DNA of 64,000 nt from Balanoglossus misakiensis (lineage: Eukaryota > Animalia > Hemichordata), in assembly GCA_040954595.2 (NCBI GenBank), contig CM082576.2:3942760-4006759 (forward strand), given 5' to 3'. Below are positions 60,774 to 64,000 of this stretch, piece after piece. Within the stretch, counting starts at the first letter, position 1, and every line of letters begins with the position of its first letter. Both the position numbers and the translations under genes were made by a program. The notes beneath the pieces were generated by a model that saw only the letters and a list, made by a program, of their open reading frames with translations, was not told the DNA's origin and did no database searches.

Positions 60774-61467
60774 CATGATGGTGTGTACACATTTAGAAAT
60801 ACTGCCATATGGTACTCACACCGGTGTGTGTCATTTTTAGTACCAAATATAGAATTCGACGTCTGTCTAGAAACGATGCTGGTTATAACGGATCTTAATG
60901 ATCCACCTACAATATAACATACATGTACTTAGCTGCCGGAAGTAACGTTTTGTATATTCCATGTACATGTACCATATTTGCCAAATTTTGGGCAGAGCCG
61001 GAAACCTTACACTTTGCATGTCATGGCAACCAGGGTTGAAAGGTTATCGGACCAACTGTTTTCCTATATGAAAACGCGTTTGTGATTTACTTGGTAGAGC
61101 TACAACTTTTTGCACTTCCGAGTCGCAGCGCGCGTAATCTATAATTTTGATGAACGTGGCGAAAGATCTGAATGTGAAAAGTTAATCAAAGTCTGCCTAC
61201 TCAAAGAAATTATGATTTGTTGGTAATTATTTCTCGGTACCGACGAGACTGACAACCGGAAATAAATTTCTGGAGTAGCGTACGTGTACATGACGCCATC
61301 CCAGTCTCGCCCGCCTGCCGCATATTGAGCCAACACGACACGTTTTACTTCAGCCACGTCACCCAAAATGATGTGCGTCCCCGGTGCTTTACATCTACAC
61401 CAGTTGAATTCAGATCAGACAGGCCGCTCGTGAAGGCAGTGCTCTGGTGTGGATCTATCATCTCAAG

Positions 61468-61852
61468 ATGTTGGCTGAGCTTTGTTTTGGTTCTTTCATT
61501 TTCTTGGCGATGTTTTCTCCAGGAGTTGCACCGTCCGATTCGTCTTGCACCCTGGGTACAAAAATAACCCTGGTTGAACCGAAAGGCGGCCTGTGTCCAG
61601 GTATAAAGCAGGCATTCTTGAGTGTAGACGACAGCGAAGGACTTCACGATGGCGGAGAAAAGCACCCGTTTCTAGCCATGCAGTCGCCGAAGGAGTTTTC
61701 GGACCTGGTGAAGCAAATAAGTTCGATGCAGAACGTCCTGAAGTCGATCGAAACCCAGTTTTCCGAAATGAAATCACAATTTGGCCCGGAAGGCAATTTT
61801 GAGCAGAAGAGTGCCGACGTTCCTTTACAGCAAAATAACCAAAGCGTGGCGG
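61468..61852 (+). CDS. LamG-like protein exon 1 (signal peptide, coiled coil)
   Basis: ATG at 61468; donor G|GTGAGA. Confidence 0.7.
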
Positions 61853-63834
61853 GTGAGAACCAATTTATTATTTAATATTATAATGAAATCAAACACGAGC
61901 ATCGGTACAAGTGTAATCGCAGGGATGGGTATATACTATTATTTGAAATTGGACTGTGAACAGTGCTAAATGTTTCACGTCGAAGTCTAAAACAAATGAT
62001 CCGTCATTTACGATTGCAGAAAAAGAAGACGTTGTCACCTCGCCAACTGACCAAAATGCAACTGACCACGATGGCGACAGACAAAATCTCAAAATAGAGC
62101 CAATGGTAGGTGAGAACGTACCCCCTCCGAGTAGAAGACATGATTTCAAGACAGAGAAATGCAACTGCCAACAGCAACCACCGTGTTACAAAGAGAACAG
62201 TGGGCCAAGCTTCATCGATGACATTTGTAAGTTAATTTCTGCTGTTTTGTCGATTCATGTTTATGCCGTGGAGCTAAATGTTTTACCTGAACGAGCTTTT
62301 CAAAGTCATGTTTGTGTTTATTCCCACTGCGACTATACTTCTCGTTGTGAAATACATGTAGAATGAGTGTTATAATTTCAAGTTGAGATGATTCGGCCAA
62401 TTTACGTCACATCGCTGTGCAAATGGCGGAAATGTTATGTTCTATTTGTTGGTGTTTTATTATTTTATAGCCTCCAAAATATCAAAGCATACGGTTGCAT
62501 GGTACACTTTCGACGAAGACATAGAGGACTCTACTGGGAATGGTTACCATGGTAATACAAATGGAGAAGCCGTCTTTGACGGAGACGGAGTGCAAGGCGG
62601 CGCTCTTTTTCTGATGGGAGACAGCAAAATAAATGTAGACGGTTTCCGGTTGCATCCCTGGGGCAGCGGTTTCAGCGTCAGTGTGTGGGTGAAGAGGACG
62701 GGTGACTGGGACAGCGAGCAGGTGATCATATCAAACGGAGCGCCCGAATATGGCACCTGGGATATACGCATGGGAAGCCAGATGGCCGGCCAGATGATCG
62801 GGGCCAATATCTTCAATTGCTGGGATCCGTACAGGAGACAGTGGACCTATCAGGACATCCTGGCCGAGCACAACGTCTGGCATCACGTGGTCGTCTCCTT
62901 CGACGGCGCCAACTTCGACTTTTACCTCGACGGGACCAAGCGACAGAAGACTGTCCGTGGGGCGTGCGCCAGCGACACGCCCATCAGAGATACGCCGCTG
63001 ACCATCGCCGCCGGTGGCGTTGGATCATCCGGGCATTATTTCACCGGAATGATCGACGAGTTGGTAATTCTCAACACCAGCCTGACGTACGACGATGTGA
63101 AGTATCTTCGCGGGAAGAGTGATCCAGGTGAGTGCGAAGATCTCTACCTCGTGGCGTATTTTCCATTTGACGCGGACTTCGACGACCATTCGTGTTACCA
63201 TAGGCATGGCAACAAGGGTGACGGTCAGTTCGTGGATCCCTCGGACGCCATCTCCGGTTCTACTGCGAATTTTGACGGGAGGGGCAGGATGGAAGTTGAG
63301 CTGCTGAACGGGTACCAGTGGGGTTCTCAATTCTCGGTCAGCATCTGGTACAGGCGCACCGACAACTTCAAGAAGGAGCAGACGCTTGTCTGGCACGGCA
63401 CGTGGGAGATCCGAACATCCGGGAGCTCCGAAGTCGCCGCGGCCGTCAAATGCAAAGACAGAAACAGCGAGGCGGGCCGACTTGTACTCGGCCAGAGCTC
63501 CACGTATCCCTACAAGGGCGTCAGAGCAAGCGACGGTGAGTGGCATCACGTGGTGCTGACGTACGACGGTTCTCTACTGCGATTGTATCTCGACGGAATC
63601 CAGCAAGACGGCGATGAGGAGAGCTGCCGGGGCGACATCGTCATCGGAGAGGCGCCATTGATGGTCGGGGGTCGAGTAGTCGGTGTGGAGCAGAAATCAG
63701 ACGTGCCAACCGGGCTGAAAAAGCGTCGCAGCACCGGTGGGCATGACTACTTTACGGGTCTTATCGACGAATTAAAGCTATATCGACGTGTTTTGTACCA
63801 AAACGATATTGATGTGCTATATAATGGTATTTAG
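61468..63834 (+). CDS. Secreted protein with a short coiled coil and two LamG-like (ConA-like lectin/glucanase, Laminin_G_3) domains, about 651 aa, 3 exons
   Basis: join(61468-61852,62020-62226,62471-63834), all phase 1 GT-AG. Signal peptide MLAELCFGSFIFLAMFSPGVAP. Two repeats of VA(W/Y)(Y/F).FD...FSVS(V/I)W...WHHVV..(F/Y)DG....YLDG...FTG.IDEL. Confidence 0.8.
62020..62226 (+). CDS. LamG-like protein exon 2 (linker with CNC...C)
   Basis: Acceptor attgcag|AA; donor T|GTAAGT; phase 1/1. Confidence 0.65.
62471..63834 (+). CDS. LamG-like protein exon 3 (two jellyroll domains)
   Basis: Acceptor ttttatag|CC; long ORF ending in TAG at 63832-63834. Confidence 0.87.
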
Positions 63835-64000
63835 CGTAGACCAAACGTAAATCTAATACAGGTATGAACATATACACGAAGCTAATAGCAGTAAACAAAC
63901 CCAATCTACACGTTAGTCTTAGGAAAATCAGACATGAAAATATTTTTCCCGAGAGAAACTAAGATTATTCTGAAAGGGCATCATATAGATATTATTTTAT

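Overview
This is intron-rich animal genomic DNA, most likely from a marine invertebrate deuterostome (inferred from the LTBP architecture and the compact introns). I rebuilt four spliced protein-coding genes by hand from GT-AG sites with matching intron phases. (1) The 3' part of a giant STARD9/KIF16A-like gene (+, <1-35857, about 10,500 aa within the window). It has a single 27,942-bp coding exon containing a 126-bp-unit coding tandem array, a 939-bp duplication and about 25 LC8-type TQT/TNT/TMT/TSP motifs, followed by an 8-exon START domain. (2) A compact 21-exon LTBP gene (+, 41935-52650, about 849 aa) whose second TB domain carries the TGF-beta-binding two-residue insertion. (3) A small secreted cystine-knot (knottin-type) peptide gene missed by the ORF track (-, 60475-53625, 71 aa). 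Its coding intron is almost entirely a 6.2-kb satellite of about 555-bp monomers; each monomer has an 85-bp palindrome and a tRNA-like Pol III A-box/B-box/oligo-T cassette, and the array shows a 2,216-bp higher-order repeat. (4) A secreted protein with two bacterial-style LamG-like jellyroll domains in one intronless exon (+, 61468-63834, about 651 aa). All family assignments come from motif recognition, not database searches.
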